Assembly (NCBI GenBank): GCA_052426225.1
Contig: JBNJNM010000007.1
Span: 868,001 to 932,000 of the forward strand
Origin: Zancudomyces culisetae HAW-14-8
Lineage: Eukaryota; Fungi; Kickxellomycota
Length of the DNA: 64,000 nucleotides
Reading direction: 5' to 3'
The position numbers and the translations under genes are program-made. The stretch's first letter is position 1. Each line of letters begins with the position of its first letter. The notes under the pieces were generated by a model. That model ran no database searches. It had not been told where the DNA came from and saw nothing but the letters and a program-made list of their open reading frames with translations. This document shows positions 49,822 through 60,300 of the stretch, one piece after another.

Positions 49822-50493
49822 GTTAAGATGTTGATATAACCGAATATTTTATTTATTTATCTATTTTCATTCTTCTTGATCCATCCTCTATTTTCTGAAG
49901 TTAGTTTATGTACGAACTGGAAAAATAAAGCACAGGTTTATAGGTTGACGAGTAACTTTCCCAATGCAGCTTAATCTTAGCCAACTGTATCACGCTCTGC
50001 TCTGCTCTGTAAAAATCATATTTTCTGTGATTATGAATGGCGGTGAGCCAGTTCAAGGATTATGACATTCGTTGTTGACTCTCCATTAAAATTTCTAGCT
50101 ATTCGTGGCGTTTGTATGTTATATTTTCACAAGTCCGCGCTCCCACCTTGGCATTTGATGTCGGGCTTGGGGAGAAGGTGGGAGGAGGAAAGAGGGCAAT
50201 GATTTTCTTTGGGTTTCTATTCGTCAATAGTTTGGACCAATCACTTAGAAGGTGTCTCATAATTTGCTTTTAAATTATTTCTCAGCATTAACACTAAGCG
50301 AGCTTTTGGGTAATAGCAATTTTAAAACACAAATGCGTTTATTTTCCAATTAAAACGAAAACTGGCTTTTAAATAGTTGAAATATAAAGAGTTTAAATAG
50401 ATTTAGAACAAAGGCGAAAATCATCTGAGGATAAAGTTGCAAGAGGAATAGGAAATTGATATAGAAAAATACATACACAGAGATAATCGGATA

Positions 50494-51515
50494 ATGTCAT
50501 TTAATAATTATCTGAATAGCGATTATACTCCTTTAGAAAATGTGGTGGCTTCAGGTAAGCGTCTTTTATTGGATACACGAGTGTCTCTGCCAAGCATTGT
50601 CTAGGTACTGTATTTGTAGGGTACGAGGACCACACTTGTTTCTAAAATGAACTACTTTAAAGCCTAGTATTAATTGACTAACAAATAGACGAGGAGGGAG
50701 AATACAGGGGGCTGGTTACACAGATTTCGGGTAAAATCCACCAGATAAATTCGATAGTGAGTAGATTCAAAAACAATGTCGACAAACTTGGTAGTAAGCG
50801 GGATACACGACAGCTGCGTAACAATATCCAGCGGGATTCGGATAGGGCAGCAGATATGTTTAGAGAGATAAATGAAGGTCTCAGAGACTTGGCGAAATAC
50901 CAAAAGAATGATGCTCAAAAGAGCCGAGCAAGAAATCTAGAACAACAAAAACTGGCAAGGGATTTGGCAAAGACAATATCCGAATTCCAAAAGGCACAAA
51001 AAATGGAAAAAATAAGGGCGCAGCAGGTAGTGGAGAGCAGCAAAGTAGCAGTAGAAGAAGCAAAACAGAGGCAACAACAGAACCAAAGGGGTAGCAGTTA
51101 CATTGAGGACCAAGTCCGGGGTGAAGAAGAGCAATTACAGCAACAACAACAACAGCAGCAGCAAAGACAAGCGTTTGTAGGTACAACAAATGCGGTAAGC
51201 ACTGTGATGGAAAATAGTATTAATTTTAACGAAATACTAATTCAAGAAAGAGAGCAGGAAATAGTGGATATAGAGCGAGGGATCGTGGAATTAAACGAAA
51301 TTTTCAGGGATCTTGGAACAATTGTGGTTGAACAGCAATCGTTGTTGGATAACATTGAGACAAATGTTTCCAACACCAATGTGAATGCGGAGCGAGCTGT
51401 TTCAGAGCTAAGGATAGCTAGCGAAAATCAACGGAAGGCATTGAAGAACAAGTGTTTGCTGATGACAATGTTGATTATAATATTTGTAGTACTATTGCTG
51501 GTAGCCTTAAGCTGA
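50494..51515 (+). CDS. Qa-SNARE syntaxin, PEP12/VAM3 (STX7/12)-like, 2 exons
   Basis: MSFNN... exon with CAG|GTAAGC; Habc region; SNARE motif EREQEIVDIERGIVELNEIFRDL...QQSLLDNIE; C-terminal transmembrane segment. Confidence 0.9.
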
Positions 51516-51835
51516 ACATTTATATAATATATATATGTGAAGGTGTGTGTTTTTGTGTGTGTTTATTGGGAGGGGAGGAGTAAAAGGGTTTTTTATTAGT
51601 TTGTTTGTTTGGTTGTTTGCCCAAAAACTCTTGGGAAACCCCAAGAGTCAAATGTACTGGGTTATCAACGGAATGCAAGGGGGGAATATAATAACAATAA
51701 TAATAAAGATGTCCATTCATCAAATATCCAAAACTACACGATAATTCTAAAAAAAAAAAAACAGTGTTGGATATTAACAAAGCTTTTCCTTAATACAGAT
51801 ACAAACATAAAATATAAAAAGATTAATGGGAAAAG

Positions 51836-54238
51836 CTAAATCTTCAAATATTTGGAAATATATGTCTTGACATCCCCGTCCCAAACCTTCAAATAGCCCT
51901 TGTCTATCAAATAATACTTGTGTGCTAGCTGGCTGACAAAGTACTGGTCGTGACTAACCAGAACAATCGCGCCTGGATACTCTTTCAGAGCCTCAATCAA
52001 ACCACTGATTGTTTTCATGTCCAAATGGTTGGTGATTTCATCCAGCAGTAGCAGGTTTGGAGCATCAACCAAAACAATACTCAATGCTAACCGTGCACGC
52101 TGCCCTCCACTAAGTGTTGAAACGGGCTGCCTAGCTGCGACATCTCCCGGAAGACCAAAAGATCCAAGATAAGATCTGGCCGATTGTTCGCTGAATTTAG
52201 ATGGATAGCTCTCAAGCATATACTGGAGCGCTGATATCTTAACCTGCGAGTACCTGTCAACAAAGTGTTGGTCAAAGTGACCGATTTTGACCCGCGGGTG
52301 GGTCTCGATTCTCCCACCACAGTTGGGTGTAAGGTTTTCTTTCATCAGGTTAATCAGTGTGGATTTTCCCGTTCCATTAGGACCCAGAATGGCTATCCGA
52401 TCACCCATTTCTATATCTAAACTCACGTTTTTTATAACCATATGCTGCTTATCTGTATAACTAAAACTCAAATCAAACAGTCTAATAAGTGGTCCTGCCT
52501 GCCTCAACGGTTCAGGCTCTGGTATCTTCATTACCACATCTTTATCCTCTCTTTCCAGCTCCACCTGAGCTCTGCTCGTAAAATGATACCCAGCATAGTA
52601 ACTGACTTTGAACCGTCGCCCATCCTCTGTCTTTTCTGCCCCCAATCGATCTAGTTTCTTTTTTCTCGATGCAATCATTCCAAGCCTTTTGTCATCGCCT
52701 GTTGAGCGCACATGTGCCAGTCCCTTTTGTATGGATTCATTTATATGCTTTTTTTTCCTTTCGATACTATCTATTTGATGTAGTTTTTTCTTTTTCAAGT
52801 CATCAATAATTTTCAGATATCCATCGTAGTTTCCTGAGTAGTACTTCAACTGGAGGTCCTTAATCAGCATAATCTCCTGACTCACTTGGTTAAGAAACTC
52901 TCGGTCGTGTGATACTACCACTACTGTCACTCCATCCAACGATTTAACATATTCCGTTAGCCAAACAATAGAAAGCATGTCCAAATGGTTGGTAGGTTCA
53001 TCCATAAGCAACACGTCTGGCTCCATAAACATGGCCTTGGCGAGTACGACTCTCATCCGCCACCCTCCTGAGAATTTGCTGACCGGCTCCTCCGTTTCCT
53101 CTTTTGTAAAACCTAACTCTATCAACACCTCCATGGCCTTACTTTCTGCCTTATCAGACCCTGTCAGCTCGAGCTCTTCATATAACTCTGCCAAAATAGC
53201 CGACGCTACTTCTGAATCGGTCTTGATTCCCTCACCCTCGCCTTCAACTCCATAATACTTCTCTGTAGTATATTTCACCGCATTGATCTCCGCATCCAAT
53301 GCCACTTTTCTGGCATAGAGTCCTCGCTTTCTACTTCTATGGTTTGCTATTTTCTGTTTTAAAAAAGTATCATCTTTTGCCTTTTGATGAATGTATTCGT
53401 CTATCCTCTCTTTTAACTCTTTGGGCTTACTCAAAATAGGTTCTATCGAGTGAATCACCTTTAGAATCTTGGTTCTTTGTTCATCTGCTTCCAATACTGT
53501 TTCCAGGACCGTTTTTTGCGTATCAAGAACCTCCAGTTGCTCTACATACTGAATTCTTATGTTTTCCGGAAGTCCAATAAGCGTCTTGTTGGCCATACAA
53601 GTCAATAAAGTTGATTTTCCAAGCCCATTCCTTCCTATAAACCCATAATGCACACCCTCTTTCAATTGCAAATGTGCATCAACTAGCAGTGGTACGTCAT
53701 TGACAATTAGGTTGACATCCTTGAGATTTATTTCATTCAGATTTGTAACCAAGGTTTCTGTATGGAATCTTGAAACCTGTGAAAATGCTTGAACCACTGG
53801 TCCAGAAATATCATTCACTTCCTTAGGAGAACTCTCCTTTTGTTTCACTTTTTTGTCCTTGTCTACCCCCTTGGTAGAATTACTGGGGCTCATCTCCACA
53901 GGAGTCAAATCTTCCTTGCTAACTGGAGCCTTCTCCACGGGAATTCTTTGAATTGCCTCGATTGGTAGTTTTGTGCCCGCCTTTTTAACATTTTTTTCGG
54001 ATTTGACTACCATAGCTCCCAACTTCTCAATAAGCGAGTCTAGCTCCTGTTCACTAAGCCCAGCCTCCGAAAAAAATGGCTCTGCAGCCTCTCTGAATTC
54101 TTCAAGACCCTCCTCAGTTTTGTATGTTTCGCCTAGAATCCCTTCCAGATACTCTTTACTATCAACGCCCAGCTTTTCCTTGCTCTGGTTCGACAAGTAT
54201 ACCTTGATAAAATCTTTTGAATCAAATTTTCCAACCAT
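51836..54238 (-). CDS. ABC-F family ATPase (ABCF3/Gcn20-related)
   Basis: Two NBDs: GRNGLGKST/FSGGW/DEPTNHLD and GPNGTGKST/LSGGQ/DEITNHLD; no transmembrane domains. Confidence 0.92.
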   Translation of the reverse strand: MVGKFDSKDFIKVYLSNQSKEKLGVDSKEYLEGILGETYKTEEGLEEFREAAEPFFSEAGLSEQELDSLIEKLGAMVVKSEKNVKKAGTKLPIEAIQRIPVEKAPVSKEDLTPVEMSPSNSTKGVDKDKKVKQKESSPKEVNDISGPVVQAFSQVSRFHTETLVTNLNEINLKDVNLIVNDVPLLVDAHLQLKEGVHYGFIGRNGLGKSTLLTCMANKTLIGLPENIRIQYVEQLEVLDTQKTVLETVLEADEQRTKILKVIHSIEPILSKPKELKERIDEYIHQKAKDDTFLKQKIANHRSRKRGLYARKVALDAEINAVKYTTEKYYGVEGEGEGIKTDSEVASAILAELYEELELTGSDKAESKAMEVLIELGFTKEETEEPVSKFSGGWRMRVVLAKAMFMEPDVLLMDEPTNHLDMLSIVWLTEYVKSLDGVTVVVVSHDREFLNQVSQEIMLIKDLQLKYYSGNYDGYLKIIDDLKKKKLHQIDSIERKKKHINESIQKGLAHVRSTGDDKRLGMIASRKKKLDRLGAEKTEDGRRFKVSYYAGYHFTSRAQVELEREDKDVVMKIPEPEPLRQAGPLIRLFDLSFSYTDKQHMVIKNVSLDIEMGDRIAILGPNGTGKSTLINLMKENLTPNCGGRIETHPRVKIGHFDQHFVDRYSQVKISALQYMLESYPSKFSEQSARSYLGSFGLPGDVAARQPVSTLSGGQRARLALSIVLVDAPNLLLLDEITNHLDMKTISGLIEALKEYPGAIVLVSHDQYFVSQLAHKYYLIDKGYLKVWDGDVKTYISKYLKI

Positions 54239-55019
54239 TTTTTTTTTGCTACTTTTTGAATTTTTTGTATTTCTTCCACAGCTGTTCCCGCCTTCTTTTT
54301 GTAAAACTCTCACTTTCAAATTACCACCTTCTCAACAAGAACAATTGTCTCTTTTTTTTACCTCGCAAAGTTTGCTTGTAAACTCGTTATTTTTGATATA
54401 TACAAGGAATGTTTCCTGTCTCTACCCCGATGGCTTTTTATTTCCCTTTTATAATCTCTGAATCTTCTAATTTTATTTTACAAGCTATAACAGGATATAA
54501 GATATCTTTAATCCTTTGTTTTGAGTTTAAAAGTTTTTCCTCTCCCTTCTCCCTTATTCCCCCGAATCAACTCAGCATTTGTGCGAATATTTGAAAATTT
54601 GTTAGTTTTCTCATTTATCTAATTGATTGACTAGAGCAAGCCATTAAATGATTTTTTTCCGCAGTCATTTTTTGGGTAGGTATGGCGAATGCTTTTGTTG
54701 CGGGTTTGCTGCGGAACTCGCATGCATTGTTTAACTTTTTCTTTCTTTCAATTTCATTGGCTTCATTCTCATCCACTCCTAAACTTTCCCCCAAAAACAA
54801 ACAGTATTTATATGTGGATTTCCAATTTTAGTAAGCAATAGAATTCAAATCTCAAACAAACAAAAACACTAAAACCGAAAAATAAGAGAAAATCATTAAA
54901 AAGTCTTGGTATGAGGAGAGTGAGGAGAGGAGAGTGAGGAGTGGGGTCGCAACTATCATCATTTTCTTTTAGATCCATTTATTTATTATTAGCATCAGTA
55001 AAAACTAATACAAGAAAAG

Positions 55020-55730
55020 CCCGGTGGCTGCTCACCAGGAAAAAAAAAGCGAGTAGAAAAGGTAACTAACTATGCAAAAATAAATCCTCCCTGACCCTCT
55101 AGGGTCAGCATACCTGTCTAGGTGACCCGAAACTGGATCACTACTCCAGCTCCGGATCCCTAGCTTTCGGCGTTGCGTCAAGTAGTTAGGCTACAAACCA
55201 TATGGCTAATAACGGATGCGTTGTGTGGTCTTTTAGACATCCGAAACGACTTGTAGAACGTTCCCTCAGGACTATCGGAGCGTTCTCATCTACCCCTACT
55301 GGGTAGGAAACAACCAGCATGTCTCTCTACCTGCAGGCTGTACACCCAGAGTCATAACACAGTCGGCCCTAGAGCTTACGGCTTGGCTCTGACTCTGGAC
55401 CGGACTCTTTCATTGTGACTATTTCCTCCTGTACAAGCTGCACTTTCCTGTGATACCGAACCTAAAATCTTAATCTTGTTAAGTATACATAACTACTCTC
55501 TACTCAGTCCAAGGTTTTAGGGACTTATCTCTTTTATTATTACTATCAGATTCGGGTATTTGAATCTGATCCAAACTCGGATTGAAATTGTTTTCAGCTA
55601 TCATAGCTGGTGTGAACTTGTCCAAGTAGAGTTTAGCTGTTTATTACTTACCTCGGATAGTTTTAGTTGTAGATGTTCCTTTACTCAAGCCCCTAAACTA
55701 CGTTAACGCACTGTCCTGTTATGGGCGCAA
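55020..55730 (-). ncRNA. Unassigned large structured non-coding RNA-like element
   Basis: GC-enriched, no ORF of 60 aa or more; more than ten helices found by eye, with long-range ones whose G-U pairs favour the minus strand (see findings). Confidence 0.65.
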
Positions 55731-55949
55731 CTATCACCATGCCGTCGTTAACGTTGAAATTGATGTAAATGCGATGTAGATATAGATGTAGATATAGATA
55801 TTTATTGGTTGGAAAATGCCGTAGTAATTACATCAAGGATTATTTATGACCAGAATTACACTACCAATTCTTTTAATAGACTAAATAAAAAAAATACAGC
55901 TGGAATGGTAAAAAGCTACGAAAAAGCCAAAGTAACATTGTAAACAGGC

Positions 55950-57350
55950 TTATACAATTCCTTGTTCAATCATGGCGTCAGCTACCTTCAAGAAACCAGC
56001 AATGTTGGCACCAGCTTGAATGTCATCTCCCAGACCATAGTCACGGGCAGCCTTCAAACTACTTTCAAAGATATCTTTCATAATTGTGGACAAGCGCTCG
56101 TCGACCATTTCACGTGCCCATTGTTGGCGTTGGGAGTTTTGGGCCATTTCCAATCCGGAAACAGCAACACCTCCTGCATTTGCAGCCTTGGCTGGACCAA
56201 ACATCATCTTGGCCTTTCTATACGCAAGAATGGCTTCAGGGGTTGAAGGCATGTTTGCACCTTCAAAGACTCCCAATACACCGTTGGCAACCATCTTTTC
56301 TGCGTCATCTCCGTCAATTTCATTTTGTGTAGCACTTGGGAATGCCAAGTCAGCCTTTACGCCCCATGGCTTCTCATTGGGGAAGAATTGGGCTGTGCTG
56401 GAGTATTCCAGGTACTTAATAAGTGGGCCTCTAACAATGTTCTTCAAATGCATGATATCATCCAGGTTCTTTCTAGTGAAACCAGCTGGTTCCAAAACGT
56501 AACCGCTAGAATCTGAAACAGTCAATACAGTTGCTCCATATTCCAACAGTTTTTCCGCGGTGTATTGTGCTACGTTACCGGAACCTGAAACAAGACATTT
56601 CATTCCCGCAAAGTCCAAGTTTCTGAATTTGAGGTAGTTGAGTGCAAAGTAGACACATCCATAACCTGTGGCTTCAGGTCTGATCAATGAACCTCCCCAC
56701 TTTGTGTCCTTTCCTGTCAATGTACCTGTAAAGTTTCCTGTCAATCTCTTGTACTGACCAAACAAGAATCCAATCTCACGAGCACCTACGTTGATATCTC
56801 CTGCTGGAACATCAGTATCAGGACCAATGTACTTGAACAATTCAGTCATGAAACTCTGGCAGAATCGCTGGACTTCATTGTGTGACTTTCCTCTAGGATC
56901 GAAATCTGATCCTCCCTTTCCTGCACCCATCATCAATGAGGTCAATGAGTTTTTGAAGGTTTGTTCAAAAGCCAAAAACTTTATTACTGATAGATTTACT
57001 GTAGGATGAAAACGAAGACCTCCTTTGTATGGTCCAAGTGCAGATGACATTTGGACACGGTATCCACGGTTTATTCTTTGTTTTCCTTGGTCGTCGACCC
57101 ATGGAACTCTGAAAATTATTTGACGCTCAGGCTCAATAAGTCTTTCAAATGCTTCAATATATTTCTCATCCTTCAAAAATACTGGCTTCAAGGCATCCAA
57201 TACTTCATAAACAGCCTCGAGGTATTCTTTTTGATCTCCATCACGCTCAACGAGAGTCTTGTAAATGTTTTGTATACGTGACTCGACGACAGTTGGCTCA
57301 AGGACTATCACTGGAGCTGGGACAAAATCATCCAAATGTTGTTCACTCAT
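55950..57350 (-). CDS. GDH1: NADP-specific glutamate dehydrogenase
   Basis: GPYKGGLRFHP, GKGGSDFDP, DVPAGDI, RPEATGYG, SGSGNVAQ, KAANAGGVAVSGLEM. Confidence 0.95.
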   Translation of the reverse strand: MSEQHLDDFVPAPVIVLEPTVVESRIQNIYKTLVERDGDQKEYLEAVYEVLDALKPVFLKDEKYIEAFERLIEPERQIIFRVPWVDDQGKQRINRGYRVQMSSALGPYKGGLRFHPTVNLSVIKFLAFEQTFKNSLTSLMMGAGKGGSDFDPRGKSHNEVQRFCQSFMTELFKYIGPDTDVPAGDINVGAREIGFLFGQYKRLTGNFTGTLTGKDTKWGGSLIRPEATGYGCVYFALNYLKFRNLDFAGMKCLVSGSGNVAQYTAEKLLEYGATVLTVSDSSGYVLEPAGFTRKNLDDIMHLKNIVRGPLIKYLEYSSTAQFFPNEKPWGVKADLAFPSATQNEIDGDDAEKMVANGVLGVFEGANMPSTPEAILAYRKAKMMFGPAKAANAGGVAVSGLEMAQNSQRQQWAREMVDERLSTIMKDIFESSLKAARDYGLGDDIQAGANIAGFLKVADAMIEQGIV

Positions 57351-60300
57351 TTCTTGTGTATTATTACTTGTTTTTCTGTTTGATCTTTTTGTTTTTCTTG
57401 TTATTTTGGTCAAGAAAAGGTCGAAGGAATTTTTATTGCTTTTTGATTGAATTATTTCCTAAACTTCTTTAGGTATTTATATTAATTTTGGATCTCTTTA
57501 CAATACCAGGTACTAATTTTTTTTTTTGAATGTTTTAAACGGGTTCAGCATTATTTTTCTTAAACTGCTTTTTAAAGCACATATAGGTAATCGATGGATA
57601 AATGTTTAGTAACACTATTACTTTTCCTGCTTTATTTTTTCCTGCTCCATTTATCAAACCTAAAATGGTTGAATTGTAGCCTATGTTTAATGTCTTTTCA
57701 AAAGCGTAGCATATTATTGACTAATCTCTGCTAGCATAATCATTGTTATAAAATATATCGACTTGTAAATTCTGTTCGATTTTCACATTGGTCGTAATGT
57801 CAGTTTTGGATGAGTATGAAAATCGGAAAAGCATGAAAAATTAACATGGGCTACTGAATCATTTATCAAGTTAGCAGATTTTTGTCAGAGGTTTGGTGGG
57901 GGAGTCACCATTTTTTTTCGAAATTTCCCCTTACACTCATTCCCCCTTTTCTCTTTTCCCCTTCTTTGTTCTTTCCCATTTCAGCAAGACTGGAAACAAT
58001 AAATGAGCAATGTCCTACAAGGAGCAAATAAGTGTGAAGCAAAAAAAAAAAGGGTTAGTTGTTCAAGTCGGAATTAGTGCTCCAATGGTTACACCGCTAA
58101 CTCTATTATCATTTTAGATCAAGGCCATCAACATCGTTATTATTGCTTTTACCATTTCCCGCAATATAAAACACTCATTCTTATCAATGCAACATACATT
58201 TTCTTACATATAGAATATTTCTTTTTTTACGAAACTTATAACGATACCACCAATACTTTTTTATTTTGGATACTATCATGCATTTCGGAATGGAGAAAAA
58301 AAAATATATCAACGACTTATGATGTTGTTAACAGATAAGCTGCTTGATTAGAATCAATTTTGCGAATTTGTAAATATTAGAGCAAGAGCAAGAGGATATG
58401 GAGGATGAGGATGAGGATGAGGAGCGCGCTTAGGTAAGTATGACATTATAAATGTAGCAATGTTACATTCATCCCATATTTGCAAACACTGCACTTTTGG
58501 TATTTTATCAGAGATTGAAAAAAAAATTGTGTTATCGATGGCCGTTTTGGGCCAATACATTTCTTGAAGGGTTTAAAATAGCACAAATTACATAAAAAAA
58601 GCGGAAGAAAAAAGCACGCACATATACATGACATCCACATGAACATGCTAACACCGTTAAGAGCAAAAAAAAAAACTCCCCGTAATGGTGACTTTGGGTG
58701 TAAATACCACTCAAGTTTATTATTTTTATCTTCATCATAACAGGCGGCCATAGGTAAAAAGTGTATAGATTGAAAGTTTGTTTGAAAATACGAGTGGTCG
58801 ATAATATACAACAGTATATTAGTAATGCTATAATAGTCTACCCGATTATAAGCATCACAACGACTTGGCTGTGCACCATTACTAATAATTGATCATTCCT
58901 CCTTGTTTGATGGTCCATAAACAGAATTGGTATACCCGATAAAAATGTATTAACATCATTGCTATTCGATTGTGAATGGAATATTAAATACACCCATTCC
59001 GACTTTTTTTTTTGTATATCTCTTACAATCTCAACTCTTTTGTTTAGTTGAAAGTAGCTTGTGGTGTACAAGCATATCGATAATTGCTTGTATCAAGGTT
59101 GATAAAAATAAGACCAAAAGTTCAAATGCAAATCCACATTAAATAATGTGAATGTTGTATATCTCTAATTCCACTTAAAAAAATAGGATTAGATACGAAT
59201 CTTGCAAAAACACGGGATATCGATATGATACCAGAGTTATTAGTGTATAAAACTACGCAAAAGCCTTATTTCTAATTAGCATTCATTAATAAAGAGGATA
59301 TGACATGTTGTGTGTGTCATTTTGTTTTAACTTTAGCTAATCAATAATTTTGCAAATATAGGCAATAACATTGAATGGTTTGGTACACACATGATATGAT
59401 TTATCCTATCCTCGGATTCAGTATAGTATCAGTGTTCAACGCACTGTTCTCTCTGTTCCGGGAAAAAAAATCTACTTGGTTCACTCTTGTCGCTACGGAT
59501 TTATTCAGAGTTTTTTATTGCAGTACAGCATTTGAACCAAATAAGGGGAATGGCGCAATTATTATTTCAAATAATAATGAATGCAAATTGGTTTTTAGTT
59601 TAGGCAAACGGGAATACTTGACTCTTAGTGGTAGATTGCCCAATAAAACAGGAGTTAGTATAAAACAAACGACATTTATTATCATTATGAGTGTTAGTTG
59701 TACGAGCCTCTATCGATGTTTTGCAAATGGCATACATATAATTTGCTCAATTGGCTTTTCCTGAAAAGTCTCTTGAGCCATTAGGTGTGATTGAGATCCA
59801 AAAACGGAGAACAAAAGTGGTAGCTGCATATCCAGATCAAAAAAAATAAAGGGGATTCACTTGTTTGCCCTAGAATCATGATGTTATCGATGTGGAGCAT
59901 CGAGATAGAGTATCTTCTAGTATAATATCTTTAGTATTTTTATTGCTTCGGTTCACCCCCTACAAAAGTAACCTAGCTATGTGATTGCCACCAACTTTAT
60001 TTCTTGCTTTGTTTGTTTACATTCTATGATTTGTGGTGTGTTTATTCTGGGATAATTAGCGCAAAGATTGAAGCAAGCAAAATAGGCTTTGTGCTTCAAA
60101 AAAAAGTCACTTGATTAAAAAGCTGGGTATATCCACAGTTAACTGTGAACCAGTAGTATTTCCGAGATGAAAGATCTTATCAAGATTCTAACCGAAAAAA
60201 AATAAAAAATGGCAAAATAAAGTTTATTCCAAACAATTTGTTGTGTATCGGGAACCTAGAAACGGGAGCACATAGTAGACGAATGACGAATAAAGAATTG

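Noticed and set aside
55155-55201. snR30/U17 m2 motif AAACCAT
   Set aside because: m1 matches poorly and there is no ACA end in the required position
55310-55370. Group I intron-like Q/R/S words on the plus strand (AACCAGCA, CAGGCTG, ACAGTCGG)
   Set aside because: Only 19 nt separate the putative P7 strands, too few for P3 plus P8, and the strongest helices favour the minus strand
55644-55656. TACTTACCT resembling the U1 snRNA 5' end on the plus strand
   Set aside because: No U1-70K loop (GAUCA..AAG) or U1A loop (AUUGCAC) follows; it is equally a GAG|GTAAGT donor-like sequence on the minus strand
57351-57413. Non-ATG N-terminal extensions of GDH (also ABC-F, SDR and OTU1) in the ORF track
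   Set aside because: These are A-rich leaders that lack stops by chance; in-frame ATGs in good context give proteins of normal length
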